Assembly: GCA_039588275.1 (NCBI GenBank)
Contig: JBDHAC010000012.1
Location: forward strand, 1-64,000
Direction: 5' to 3'
Source of the DNA: Gemmatimonadota bacterium
GTDB lineage: Bacteria; Gemmatimonadota; Gemmatimonadetes; Palauibacterales; Palauibacteraceae
Length of the DNA stretch: 64,000 nucleotides
The translations under genes were made by a program, and so were the position numbers. Under the pieces are notes generated by a model. The model worked only from the letters and a program-made list of their open reading frames with translations. It had not been told where the DNA came from and made no database searches. Shown one piece after another: positions 28,888 to 37,477 of the stretch (its first letter is position 1; each line of letters begins with the position of its first letter).

Positions 28888-29199
28888 ATCGGGATGTGGA
28901 GGGGCCGGTTTACAGGGTTTTCCGGTGCAGTTGGGCCTTTCCTATCTGATTCTCCTGTACGGCTCCGACCCCGATGCCGGAGATTCCTGCACCCAAACTC
29001 GTACGAGTTCTCGTCCATCTTGGAAGCGCAGGTGCACGTTGGCGCCCTACGTGGGGAGGACGCAGATGAGACAACAAGATACGACCGCGGGCTGCCGCTG
29101 ATGCCTCGTCGCGCGTGTACCGCGGCTGTTGAGGGGAGCAGACGATAGCGTGACCGTAGCCGGGGCCAGCATGGACCTCAGCTCGGCGCGGTGGTGCTC

Positions 29200-29622
29200 T
29201 CAGTCTGTTCGTTTGACGGGATTGAGCATAGATCGGCGCGGTGTGAGCCACATAAGGCCGATCCCAACCAGGATGAGCGCCGGCACTTCACCCAGCAGGT
29301 TCGGGCGCTCTGCCACGTCGCGGAGGCTCTGGATCAGGGCGATCCCGCCGTGTGCCAAGCTGAACCACGCCGCGAACCAGATGAGGCTCAAATGCCTCGT
29401 CGGATCGCGTGCCGCGTTGAGGAGAAAGATGCCGAGCACGGCGAACGTCCCCAGCAGAAACAACTCGTACTCCGTGTGGCGGGGATCCCAGGTGAAGCCC
29501 GAGGGCCAAAGCTGGAGGAGCGTAAATGGGCCGGCGAGGAACATCACCCCCACGACGGTCAGCACGATCCGGAGCCGGGTGATGTCCTCCCGCTCTTCCA
29601 GGTCGATCTCTCGTTCCTGCAC
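29200..29622 (-). CDS. Four-TM membrane protein (DUF6632-like)
   Basis: WPSGFTW..EYE..LGIFLLNAARDP..SLIWF..GEVPAL pattern; start uncertain. Confidence 0.65.
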   Translation of the reverse strand: MQEREIDLEEREDITRLRIVLTVVGVMFLAGPFTLLQLWPSGFTWDPRHTEYELFLLGTFAVLGIFLLNAARDPTRHLSLIWFAAWFSLAHGGIALIQSLRDVAERPNLLGEVPALILVGIGLMWLTPRRSMLNPVKRTD

Positions 29623-29642
29623 CGTTTTCTCGGACGAGATGT

Positions 29643-30167
29643 CTAGTGAGCGTCTGTAGCGGTGTGCTGACAGAACGTGAGGAGATGGCGGGACAAGCCC
29701 ACGCCACGCTCGGCAAGTCTGACCGCTGCGTGAAGTTGATCCGTTGTGGGCGATTCCGGAGGTACATCCGGAGTGATCGCGGTCAGGCAACCAATGACGC
29801 TGGCGAGTATGTGGCTGAGCTCTTCGGCGATCCCCTGCATTTCCGCGATCTGCGTGCGGGCTTCTAGCAACTCCGCATCCGTGAACACCACCTTCCGCTG
29901 CTCCTCGAGGAGCTCTTCCACCTGCGAGTTGGTGAGAAGCCCGAGCTCGACCGCCAGCTCTCCAAAGCGTCGGTCGGGGGCACTTCGCTGCGCACTGAGG
30001 ATTGCTCCAACCTCGGACGGATCCAGCATCTTGCGGATGATGGCGATGGTGCCGATCTGGAGGTGGCGTGGCGTCTTGACGCCGGTGGGGCCGGCGCCGA
30101 CCTCGGTCTCTTGTTCTGCCAGGCTCCGTTGGCTCGGTTTGGCCCGGCCTTCCCCGCCCATCGACAC
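29643..30167 (-). CDS. MshEN-like c-di-GMP-binding domain fused to a degenerate HisKA/DHp helix pair
   Basis: QIGTIAIIRKMLDPSEVGAILSAQ + RFGELAVELGLLTNSQVEELLEEQ (MshEN-like tandem motif); GIAEELSHIL...AERGVGLSRHLLTF resembles GIAHDFNNLL...RAAxLTRQLLAF. Confidence 0.6.
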   Translation of the reverse strand: MSMGGEGRAKPSQRSLAEQETEVGAGPTGVKTPRHLQIGTIAIIRKMLDPSEVGAILSAQRSAPDRRFGELAVELGLLTNSQVEELLEEQRKVVFTDAELLEARTQIAEMQGIAEELSHILASVIGCLTAITPDVPPESPTTDQLHAAVRLAERGVGLSRHLLTFCQHTATDAH

Positions 30168-30407
30168 GGTTCTATCGCCTCCGTGCTCTTCATCTCATGC
30201 ATCAAGCGGCATGCCGTCGCGTGCGCGATCGAAGACCGGTCCCGATGCCGGCGCGCTCGATACCGGCTACCGCCGCCCGCTCAGAGACACAGACGGGCCG
30301 GCACAATCAAAAATCCTACCGAAGAGCCCTCGATCCAATCGGGGGAGATCGGCTCTCGGGATCAGGGCTATGCCAATCGCAGCATGGGGAAACGACGGGT
30401 TGAGAGG

Positions 30408-30422
30408 TAGGGGAATCCCCTA
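30408..30422. promoter_or_regulatory. Palindromic operator candidate for the NarL-type regulator
   Basis: TAGGGGA-A-TCCCCTA 7-1-7 inverted repeat in the intergenic region upstream of 30167. Confidence 0.5.
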
Positions 30423-30460
30423 GACCAGTTTGGGGGACATGAATCGAGTGTCGGGGAGCG

Positions 30461-31129
30461 TCAATCCCCGCTGGCCGCGCGCTCGAGCCACAGCGTCGCG
30501 TATTGGATCAGCTCCGCCGAGTTCTCGAGGCCAAGCTTGTGTCGAATGTTGTCGCGGTGTGACTCGACGGTCTTGACGCTCAGGGTCAGTTCGTCGGCGA
30601 TGTGGCGCGGCCCATGGCCCTCGCCGATCAATCGTAGCACGTTGAGCTCTCGGTCGGTGAGGCTCTCTATCGGCAATGCCAGCGGGTCTTGGCCTCGCCC
30701 TACGCCGCGCTGAAGCCACACGGACTGCATGTTCTCGCTGATGTACATTCCCCCGTCGAGAATGCGACGGATAGCCGCCAGGGCGGTTTCCGGAGCCTCG
30801 CCCTTCATCAGGTAGCCATGCGCCCCCGCTCGCAAAGAGTGCTCGGCATAAAGTCGTTCGTTGAGCATGGACAGAACGAGGATCGACACTGCGGGGTGCT
30901 GCGACCTGATCCGTCTGACGAGTTCGAGTCCGTCCGAGTCCCTTAGAGCTATATCGACGATTGCGAGGTCGGGGGCCAGCTCCTCGACTGCGGCACGTCC
31001 CTCTTGCAGGCTTTCGGCCTCCCCACACACCTCCAGATCGTCCTCCACTTCGATCAGCTGACGTAGGCCCTGCCGAAGCACTGGGTGATCGTCGACGATG
31101 AGTATCCTGGTCTTGCCGTCCTGTTTCAT
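30461..31129 (-). CDS. NarL/LuxR-family response regulator
   Basis: ILIVDDHP, DLAIVDI (phospho-Asp), LTDRELNVL...SVKTVESHR HTH. Confidence 0.95.
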   Translation of the reverse strand: MKQDGKTRILIVDDHPVLRQGLRQLIEVEDDLEVCGEAESLQEGRAAVEELAPDLAIVDIALRDSDGLELVRRIRSQHPAVSILVLSMLNERLYAEHSLRAGAHGYLMKGEAPETALAAIRRILDGGMYISENMQSVWLQRGVGRGQDPLALPIESLTDRELNVLRLIGEGHGPRHIADELTLSVKTVESHRDNIRHKLGLENSAELIQYATLWLERAASGD

Positions 31130-32544
31130 GACCGCTCCATGCGGTGGGGCTGGTCCGCGCCGATCCTGGCGCGCGGAACCGTACAGCAGACGACAGTTCC
31201 ACCGGTATCCATACGTCTGATGTTCAACTCCGCCCTGAGGTCCTGAGCGCGGAAGCGCATGCTCCGGAGGCCGACGCCTTCCTTCCTCTCGGATTCGCCT
31301 GGGATCCCCACCCCGTCATCTTGAATGGATAGGCTTGTCATTCCGTTCAGCCTAGTCAGACCGATAACGATCCTGTCTGCACGTCCGTGCCGAACCGCGT
31401 TCGTCACCGCCTCCCGTGCAATGTTGAACAGGTGGGTCCCGACCTCCGGGTCTTTGATCTGTGCGCCCTCATCGACTTGCGCCTCGATCGACACGTGAAA
31501 CTCGTGTTGCGCGCTCTTGGCCAGATCCTGTAACGCCTCCCCCAGCCCTCCCGCCTGAATCGGAATCGGGAACAGCCCTCGGGCGAGGAACCGAGTTTGA
31601 CCGAGAGCCGATTCGATGACCAGCCCGAGCTCCTTCACGTCGCTCACTTCGGTCGCCCTTCTCGCCTCGAGCTTCCGCCTGAGCGCCTCCGCCATGAGTC
31701 CGAGCCCCGTCAGTTGCTGCCCAAGACCGTCGTGCAGGTCTCTCCCGAGCCGTTCTCGTTCCTGAGCGGCCACTTCGACGAGCTCGTGTTCAAGGCGTTC
31801 TCGTTCGGTGACATCTTGGAGTAGCCCGATCGCGTACTGGGACTCGCCAGTTTCGTCGCGCACTAGGGAGACCGATGAGTGGACCCAGACCACCTCACCA
31901 CTCATGGTCAAGTAGCGCCGGCTCACGACGTCGAGAGTCTCCCGCTCACCAGACAAGAGCTGTCGTGAGTAGACCGCAGCTTCGTCTCGGTCGTCAGGGT
32001 GTATGTACTCCAGGATGGAGGACCCGAGCAGCTCCTGCTCGCTGTACCCGAGAAACTTTTGCAGCCACGGATTTGACGACGTGATGCGTCCGGAAAGGTC
32101 GGCGGTCACGATGCCTGCGGCGGCCTGCTCGAACAGCCTCCGGAAGCGGCGTTCGCCTCTCTCGAAAGCTTCTGTAGAGGCATTCAGCCGATCGATCAAT
32201 CTCAAGAGCCGAGCGTGGATTAGTAGGAACCCGACGCACAGACCGACCACCGCCAACAGCAACACCAACCAACTGTAGTCGAGGTGCAGGGTCTCCATCG
32301 CGCGCGCAGCTCGCGATGTCCCGATCACGGCGGGTAACAGCCACATCGTGACCAGATCCACGGCGAAGAAGAGCGCGATGAGCGACAGGCCGGCCAGGAC
32401 GATGAAGCTCCCCTTGCCGATTCTGTAGGCCGTCAAGATCCGCCGATGGCGGTGGAGGAAGTAGGCCGTAGCGATCGTGACCCCGACGATAACGAGATCG
32501 ATAAAGGACATGATCGCGGTGGATTTCCAGATCAAGGCTTGCAC
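31126..32544 (-). CDS. Membrane PAS-domain sensor histidine kinase (HisKA_3 / NarX-type)
   Basis: 3 TMs, PAS/PAC (IHPDD), RDLHDGLGQ H-box, EAVTNAVRH, DDGVG and GVGL boxes. Confidence 0.93.
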   Translation of the reverse strand: MQALIWKSTAIMSFIDLVIVGVTIATAYFLHRHRRILTAYRIGKGSFIVLAGLSLIALFFAVDLVTMWLLPAVIGTSRAARAMETLHLDYSWLVLLLAVVGLCVGFLLIHARLLRLIDRLNASTEAFERGERRFRRLFEQAAAGIVTADLSGRITSSNPWLQKFLGYSEQELLGSSILEYIHPDDRDEAAVYSRQLLSGERETLDVVSRRYLTMSGEVVWVHSSVSLVRDETGESQYAIGLLQDVTERERLEHELVEVAAQERERLGRDLHDGLGQQLTGLGLMAEALRRKLEARRATEVSDVKELGLVIESALGQTRFLARGLFPIPIQAGGLGEALQDLAKSAQHEFHVSIEAQVDEGAQIKDPEVGTHLFNIAREAVTNAVRHGRADRIVIGLTRLNGMTSLSIQDDGVGIPGESERKEGVGLRSMRFRAQDLRAELNIRRMDTGGTVVCCTVPRARIGADQPHRMERS

Positions 32545-32636
32545 CCCCTCACCGCATACACCCGCAACATCAGCACGGGGCTCCGATCCGCCGATCGAAA
32601 CCCCGTATCTGGTTGTATCACGCGCTGTTTATGTAA

Positions 32637-32710
32637 TGCGCCCGGGAGAATTCGAATCCCCAACCTCCTGATCCGTAGTCAGGTGCTCTATCCAGTTGAG
32701 CTACGGGCGC
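32637..32710 (-). tRNA. tRNA-Arg (ACG)
   Basis: Cloverleaf GCGCCCG acceptor, CCTGA-CTACGGA-TCAGG anticodon arm, TTCGAAT T-loop; CCA not encoded. Confidence 0.97.
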
Positions 32711-32816
32711 ACGGTGCGGGGCGGGACAAACCTCTTGCGTCCCGGTTCATCAAACTCGGGACGAGTTGCCCGATTGACGAGTCACGCGACGCGGCACACC
32801 GCACCGAGTTGTGTTA

Positions 32817-32902
32817 TGCCCAGGAGAGGATTCGAACCTCCACGCCCTAATTTGGGCACTAGCCCCTCAAGCTAGCGCGTCTGCCAATTCCGCCACCTGG
32901 GC
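32817..32902 (-). tRNA. tRNA-Leu (GAG)
   Basis: GCCCAGG acceptor, CTAGC-TTGAGGG-GCTAG anticodon arm, long variable arm. Confidence 0.96.
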
Positions 32903-32944
32903 GAGTGACCGCCGGCCGTGCAAACAGCGCCTGGCGCGGCGATA

Positions 32945-33031
32945 TGCTCGGGGGGGGAGTCGAACCCCCACGGGATTTTAATCCCACAGGATCCTGAATC
33001 CTGCGCGTCTGCCAAATTCCGCCACCCGAGC
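32945..33031 (-). tRNA. tRNA-Leu (CAG)
   Basis: GCTCGGG acceptor, CAGGA-TTCAGGA-TCCTG anticodon arm, long variable arm. Confidence 0.96.
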
Positions 33032-33126
33032 CTTTCCCCCGGACCCGCTCGGCTCAGGGGGCGGACCAATGTAAGGCCCGCCCCGTGCCGTGCAAGATCG
33101 GTGCTGTGGTACCCCGAAGGAAGCTT

Positions 33127-33669
33127 CTAGTGCGGCGGCTTTTGGGTCGTCGGGATCATCACGTGGACGAGCGGGTGGTCCTTCCACATGACCCACGGGC
33201 CACCCCCATCGGGCGTCGTCGGCAGGCCCTTCAGCCACTCACCGTTCGGCACGACCATCATGATGTGCGGCGGGCCCGGTTCAGCCATCCACTCGTTGTC
33301 GGCCGTCGGGCCCTCGGCGTACGGATCCACGTTGCTCTCGCCGGCTGCGGCGCCCTGGAGCATGTACCCGAACCCGATCTTGTCGTACGACGGCTCCTTC
33401 TCGTTGATCCAGGCGTCGGCGAACTTCAGCCACTCGGCATCCAGGCACATGGGGTCGTTCCCTTCCGTCTCCGGGTTGTCCGGGAAACAGGTCCACCCAT
33501 TCGTGCCCTCGCGCACGACGCTCATGTCCCACGCCATCACGGTCGCATCATCACCGATCGAGGCGGGCGCGGCGCTGAGCGCGCTTGCAGTCACCTCCTC
33601 GGATTGGGCCAGTGCGGCCATGGGCACGAATAGCAGGACCACGACCAGAGGCCAGGTAAGACGGCGCAT
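33127..33669 (-). CDS. Secreted hypothetical protein
   Basis: AGGAGG RBS, signal peptide (ALA-Q), GTNGWTC..PMC..YMLQG..PHIM..GGPWVMW..H motifs. Confidence 0.8.
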   Translation of the reverse strand: MRRLTWPLVVVLLFVPMAALAQSEEVTASALSAAPASIGDDATVMAWDMSVVREGTNGWTCFPDNPETEGNDPMCLDAEWLKFADAWINEKEPSYDKIGFGYMLQGAAAGESNVDPYAEGPTADNEWMAEPGPPHIMMVVPNGEWLKGLPTTPDGGGPWVMWKDHPLVHVMIPTTQKPPH

Positions 33670-33939
33670 CGTCACCTCCTGTAGCAGGGCAACATCGGCG
33701 GGAACCGCAACGGCGGTACATGTGGGAGCGTAATGTCCCGTCCGAGACGTCGTCCCGTCAAGAGCGCCGGGGTCAGGAGCTGGCGCTCCGGCGTCGAGGC
33801 AGGGTGGGTTTACGCCTGGCCTTTTCAAGGAGTCCTCGGCACGTCGCGACAACCGATTCGGTCCTGAGATCTCGCCGCCGCGAGTGGCTCCGTTGTACCT
33901 TCAGCGGCTGATCGACCGGACTCAGGGGGAGGCGCTGCG

Positions 33940-34602
33940 ATGACCGAGCCGGACGTGACCCTCACCGACTATGGACTCGCGATCCTGTGTGCCGTCTTGG
34001 GGCACATCATCTTTCACCGCGGGGATCGCGATAGCCCCTACCGGCTGTGGCTCACGGCCTTCTTCCTCGCGGTAGGAGGCGCCTCGCTGCTCGGCGGCAC
34101 CGTGCATGGCTTCTTCTCCGAGGAGGGGGGCTTTGGACAAATGGCCCTGTGGCGGGCCGCGCTGATCACCATCGGTATCGCCGCTTATTGCGCGTGGGTC
34201 GTCGGAGTCCGGCTGCTGCTCCATGAAAGGATCCGCCGCGTCGTCATGACACTCGCGGCAATACAGCTGCTGGCGTACGCGGCGGTAGTCCTCGTCGTGA
34301 GCCAGGACTTCCGGCTCGCAGTGGGCGATTACCTGCCGGCCACGATCTTCCTTCTGATCGCCTTCGTCGTGGCGTATCGTCGCGATCGGGTGAGGGCACT
34401 CGGCGTGGGCTCAGTGGGTCTCGTGCTGACGTTCGTGGCCGCCGCGATCCAGCAGCTCCAGATCCCGCTTCACCCCACGTACTTCGATCACAACGCGCTA
34501 TACCACGTGGTGCAGGCGCTCGCTCTGCTGATGCTCTTCGTGGGCGCCCGGCACTTGGCAGCGGGGACGAGCAGTCCATGGCGAGGATCCGCTCCCACAT
34601 GA
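33940..34602 (+). CDS. Multi-pass membrane protein (DUF6962-like)
   Basis: GGAGG RBS; TLTDY, GGTVHGF and HNALYH motifs, about 7 TMs. Confidence 0.75.
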   Translation: MTEPDVTLTDYGLAILCAVLGHIIFHRGDRDSPYRLWLTAFFLAVGGASLLGGTVHGFFSEEGGFGQMALWRAALITIGIAAYCAWVVGVRLLLHERIRRVVMTLAAIQLLAYAAVVLVVSQDFRLAVGDYLPATIFLLIAFVVAYRRDRVRALGVGSVGLVLTFVAAAIQQLQIPLHPTYFDHNALYHVVQALALLMLFVGARHLAAGTSSPWRGSAPT

Positions 34603-36677
34603 CCCCGCGCGGTCAACGGTCGACCCGGAAGCGTGATCCACAGTCCCCTCAGGAGAGCGATTCACACGCCCCTCTGGAGAGCGATTCACACTCCGCCCGA
34701 GGGCGCGACCTGCAGCCCGCGCGTTGGAAGAGCATCATCCCCATCGCACTGCTGGTCCTGATCGGGGCCGCTTCATATGCCAACAGCCTGTCCGGTCCTT
34801 TCATCTACGATGACCAGGACTCGATCGAGGAGAACGTCCACCTGCGGCCACCTTGGTCGCTGTCGCAGGTGCTGAGTGCCCCTCCCCAGTCTTCGTTCGC
34901 CGGCCGGCCGGTGGTCAGCGCGTCCGCCGCGCTCAACTATGCGGCCGGCGAGCTCGACGTCCGCGGCTACCACCTGGTGAACATCGCGATTCACATCCTG
35001 GCTGCCCTGGTGCTCTTCGGGATCGTCCGACGGACCCTCCTGATTCCTGCGCTGCGATCTCGCTTCGAGCGAGCCGCACCTGGGATCGCGTTCATCTGCG
35101 CGCTGCTGTGGCTGGTACACCCTCTCCAGACCGAGGTCGTGAACTACGTCACGCAGCGCACGGAATCGCTCATGGGGCTGTTCTATCTGCTCACCCTGTA
35201 CTGCGCGATCCGCGCCTTCAGCCTCGAGCGCGCGAAGTCATGGTATGGGGTGGCAATCCTGGCCTGCGCCCTCGGGATGGCGAGCAAAGAGTCCATGGTC
35301 ACGGCACCTCTCATCGTGCTGCTGTACGACGCGGCTTTCGCGGCCGGCTCCCTCAAGCGGGCGCTGCGGACGCGGGGGATTCTGTACGCCGGGCTCGCCG
35401 CGACCTGGATCCTGCTCGCGGGCCTGAATCTGTCGGGTCCGCGCTCGGACACCGTTGGCCTGACACTCGGAGTCGGGGCGTGGGAGTACCTGCTGAACCA
35501 GAGCCAGATGATCGTTAACTACCTACGACTGGTCGTGTGGCCGCATCCGCTCGCGCTCGACTACGGGCGGCCCCGACCGCTGGAGCTCGGCCAGGCGGCT
35601 ACCAGCTCCCTCTTCATCGCGGTCCTCTTCGGCGCGACGCTCGCGGCTCTGGTCAAAACCCCGAAGATCGGCTTCCTCGGAGCCTGGTTCTTCGTCACGC
35701 TCGCCCCGACCTCGAGCCTCGTCCCCATCGTGAGCGAGGTGGGGGCCGAGCGTCGCATCTACGTGCCGCTGGCGGGCCTCGTCGTGTTGGCTGTCGTCGT
35801 CGGTTACCTGGCGCTCGAACGCCTGGGGAAGCGTCTTCGTACGCGGCGGGAGACCGGCGGGAAGCGGCCCGTCGGGGGGCGCGCTGGTTTGGACCGCGCC
35901 GGAAGCGGTCTTGTCGGGCGCGGCGGCGGCGCCCTCGCGCTGACCCTCGCCGTGCTCCTGGCCGGGCTCACCGTCCGACGCAATCGCGATTACCGAAGCG
36001 AAGTCTCGATCTGGGAGTCCGCCGTACGCGCCGTCCCGGACAACTATCGTGCCCATTACAGCCTCGGCGAGGCGCTGCAATCCGAAGGGCGCGACGACGC
36101 GGCCGAGCGCGCGTATCGGGAAGCGCTGCGGCTCGACCCCCGACACGCGAGGTCTCACCATAACCTGGCGGTCATCCTTCGGGCTCGGGGCGAGGAGGAC
36201 CTCGCGATCCGTCACTATCGCCTGGCGCTCGAGACCCGTCCCGATTTCGCAGTCACCCACTTCAACCTCGGCAACTCGCTGTACGCGAGGGGCGACACCG
36301 TCGAGGCGATGGCATCCTATCGCGAAGCCATCGCGGCGGACCCCGACCTGATCGAAGCTTATACGAACCTCGGGATCCTGCTCCAGTCGCGGGGGCGGCG
36401 TACCGAAGCGATCCAGCTCTACCGCCGGAGCCTCGAGATCGACCCCGAGTACGCCAGGGGCCATTACAACCTGGCGGGCGCTCTCGAGCTCGAGGGCGAT
36501 CTGGAGGAGGCGATCGCCCACTACCGGCGCGCGGTGGAGATCCAGCCGGACTACGCTCGCGCACACTACATGCTGGCCCTGGCGCTGAGAGCGACGGGCC
36601 GGCTCGACGAGGCCGTGAGGCACATGGAGCTCTTCCGGCGATACAGCCCCGACCCAAGGCGCCAGGAGAACGAGTAG
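34599..36677 (+). CDS. TMTC-like GT-C membrane protein with C-terminal TPR repeats
   Basis: FIYDD, YHLVNIAIH, VHPLQTEVV, SKE and ERRIY motifs; about 6 TPRs. Confidence 0.85.
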   Translation: MTPRGQRSTRKRDPQSPQESDSHAPLESDSHSARGRDLQPARWKSIIPIALLVLIGAASYANSLSGPFIYDDQDSIEENVHLRPPWSLSQVLSAPPQSSFAGRPVVSASAALNYAAGELDVRGYHLVNIAIHILAALVLFGIVRRTLLIPALRSRFERAAPGIAFICALLWLVHPLQTEVVNYVTQRTESLMGLFYLLTLYCAIRAFSLERAKSWYGVAILACALGMASKESMVTAPLIVLLYDAAFAAGSLKRALRTRGILYAGLAATWILLAGLNLSGPRSDTVGLTLGVGAWEYLLNQSQMIVNYLRLVVWPHPLALDYGRPRPLELGQAATSSLFIAVLFGATLAALVKTPKIGFLGAWFFVTLAPTSSLVPIVSEVGAERRIYVPLAGLVVLAVVVGYLALERLGKRLRTRRETGGKRPVGGRAGLDRAGSGLVGRGGGALALTLAVLLAGLTVRRNRDYRSEVSIWESAVRAVPDNYRAHYSLGEALQSEGRDDAAERAYREALRLDPRHARSHHNLAVILRARGEEDLAIRHYRLALETRPDFAVTHFNLGNSLYARGDTVEAMASYREAIAADPDLIEAYTNLGILLQSRGRRTEAIQLYRRSLEIDPEYARGHYNLAGALELEGDLEEAIAHYRRAVEIQPDYARAHYMLALALRATGRLDEAVRHMELFRRYSPDPRRQENE

Positions 36678-36755
36678 CCGGGCGAGGGCATTGTGTCCGT
36701 GCCTCGAGAACGGCATTCTTGGCCCGTCCCCATCTCCCCAAACAGCGAGGTAGCC

Positions 36756-37271
36756 ATGCGTCGCATCGCATCCCTGACCGCGGCGGTCGGGAGTCTCGCC
36801 GCCATCCTGCTGGCGAGCCCAACCCCCGGAGTCGCACAGGACGGCACGCCCGTGGAGGGCGCTTGGGTCGTCACGAGCTGGGTATCCCCCGATGGGACCA
36901 CGAACGACGAGCCACAGCCCGGGCTGTTCGTGTTCACCAAGACCCACTACACCATGATGTTCGCTCTTGGCGTCGAGTCCCGGGCTCGGTACGAGGGCGA
37001 GCAACTGACGGACGCGGAGATGGTGACAGCCTACGGGACGTTCGTCGCCAACTCGGGTCGCTACGAGGTCAGCGGAAACGAGCTGACCACACGCGCATAC
37101 GTGGCCAAGGATCCGAACTACATGGGCGATTGGCCCGAGAATGTGCAGACCTACACGTTCGAGATCGACGAGGAGGGAATGTTGCACCTCACCTTCGGCG
37201 CCGATTTCGGGACGCTTGGCGGACCTACGGCGATCTTGCGTCAGGTGGACGACCAGCCGGCCCCGTTCTGA
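36756..37271 (+). CDS. Secreted lipocalin-like domain protein
   Basis: GAGG RBS, signal peptide, VEGAW motif, ANSGRYE. Confidence 0.7.
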   Translation: MRRIASLTAAVGSLAAILLASPTPGVAQDGTPVEGAWVVTSWVSPDGTTNDEPQPGLFVFTKTHYTMMFALGVESRARYEGEQLTDAEMVTAYGTFVANSGRYEVSGNELTTRAYVAKDPNYMGDWPENVQTYTFEIDEEGMLHLTFGADFGTLGGPTAILRQVDDQPAPF

Positions 37272-37477
37272 ATCGTACCCGGGCCGCCGGCTCCGACACC
37301 CGTCGGTCGGCCTGAATTCAGGGTTCCTCGACAGCCCGCCGTCGCCTGAGAGCCGCGGCGGCCTGTCTGTCTCGATTGGTTGCGGGTGTCGCGGCCGTGA
37401 TATCCGTTGTGCTCTCCGGTCTATTGCGCGGCTATCCGCCGAACGGGTCGCCCGCAGTGGACTACGCGGACACCGGT

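Larger units (their letters stand above)
28888..32634. mobile_element. Small genomic islet (about 3.7 kb) at tRNA-Arg(ACG) carrying a two-component system; no integrase
   Basis: Lies between the intact tRNA and a direct repeat of its 3' half. Confidence 0.8.

Noticed and set aside
11962..32678. Repeated 43-44 bp sequence and 22-bp repeats as a CRISPR array
   Set aside because: Copies are kilobases apart, match a tRNA 3' half or att-flanking sites, have no regular spacers, and no cas genes are present
34645..34692. 24-bp tandem duplication (GGAGAGCGATTCACAC core)
   Set aside because: Only two in-frame copies in a disordered N-terminal tail; likely slippage without wider meaning
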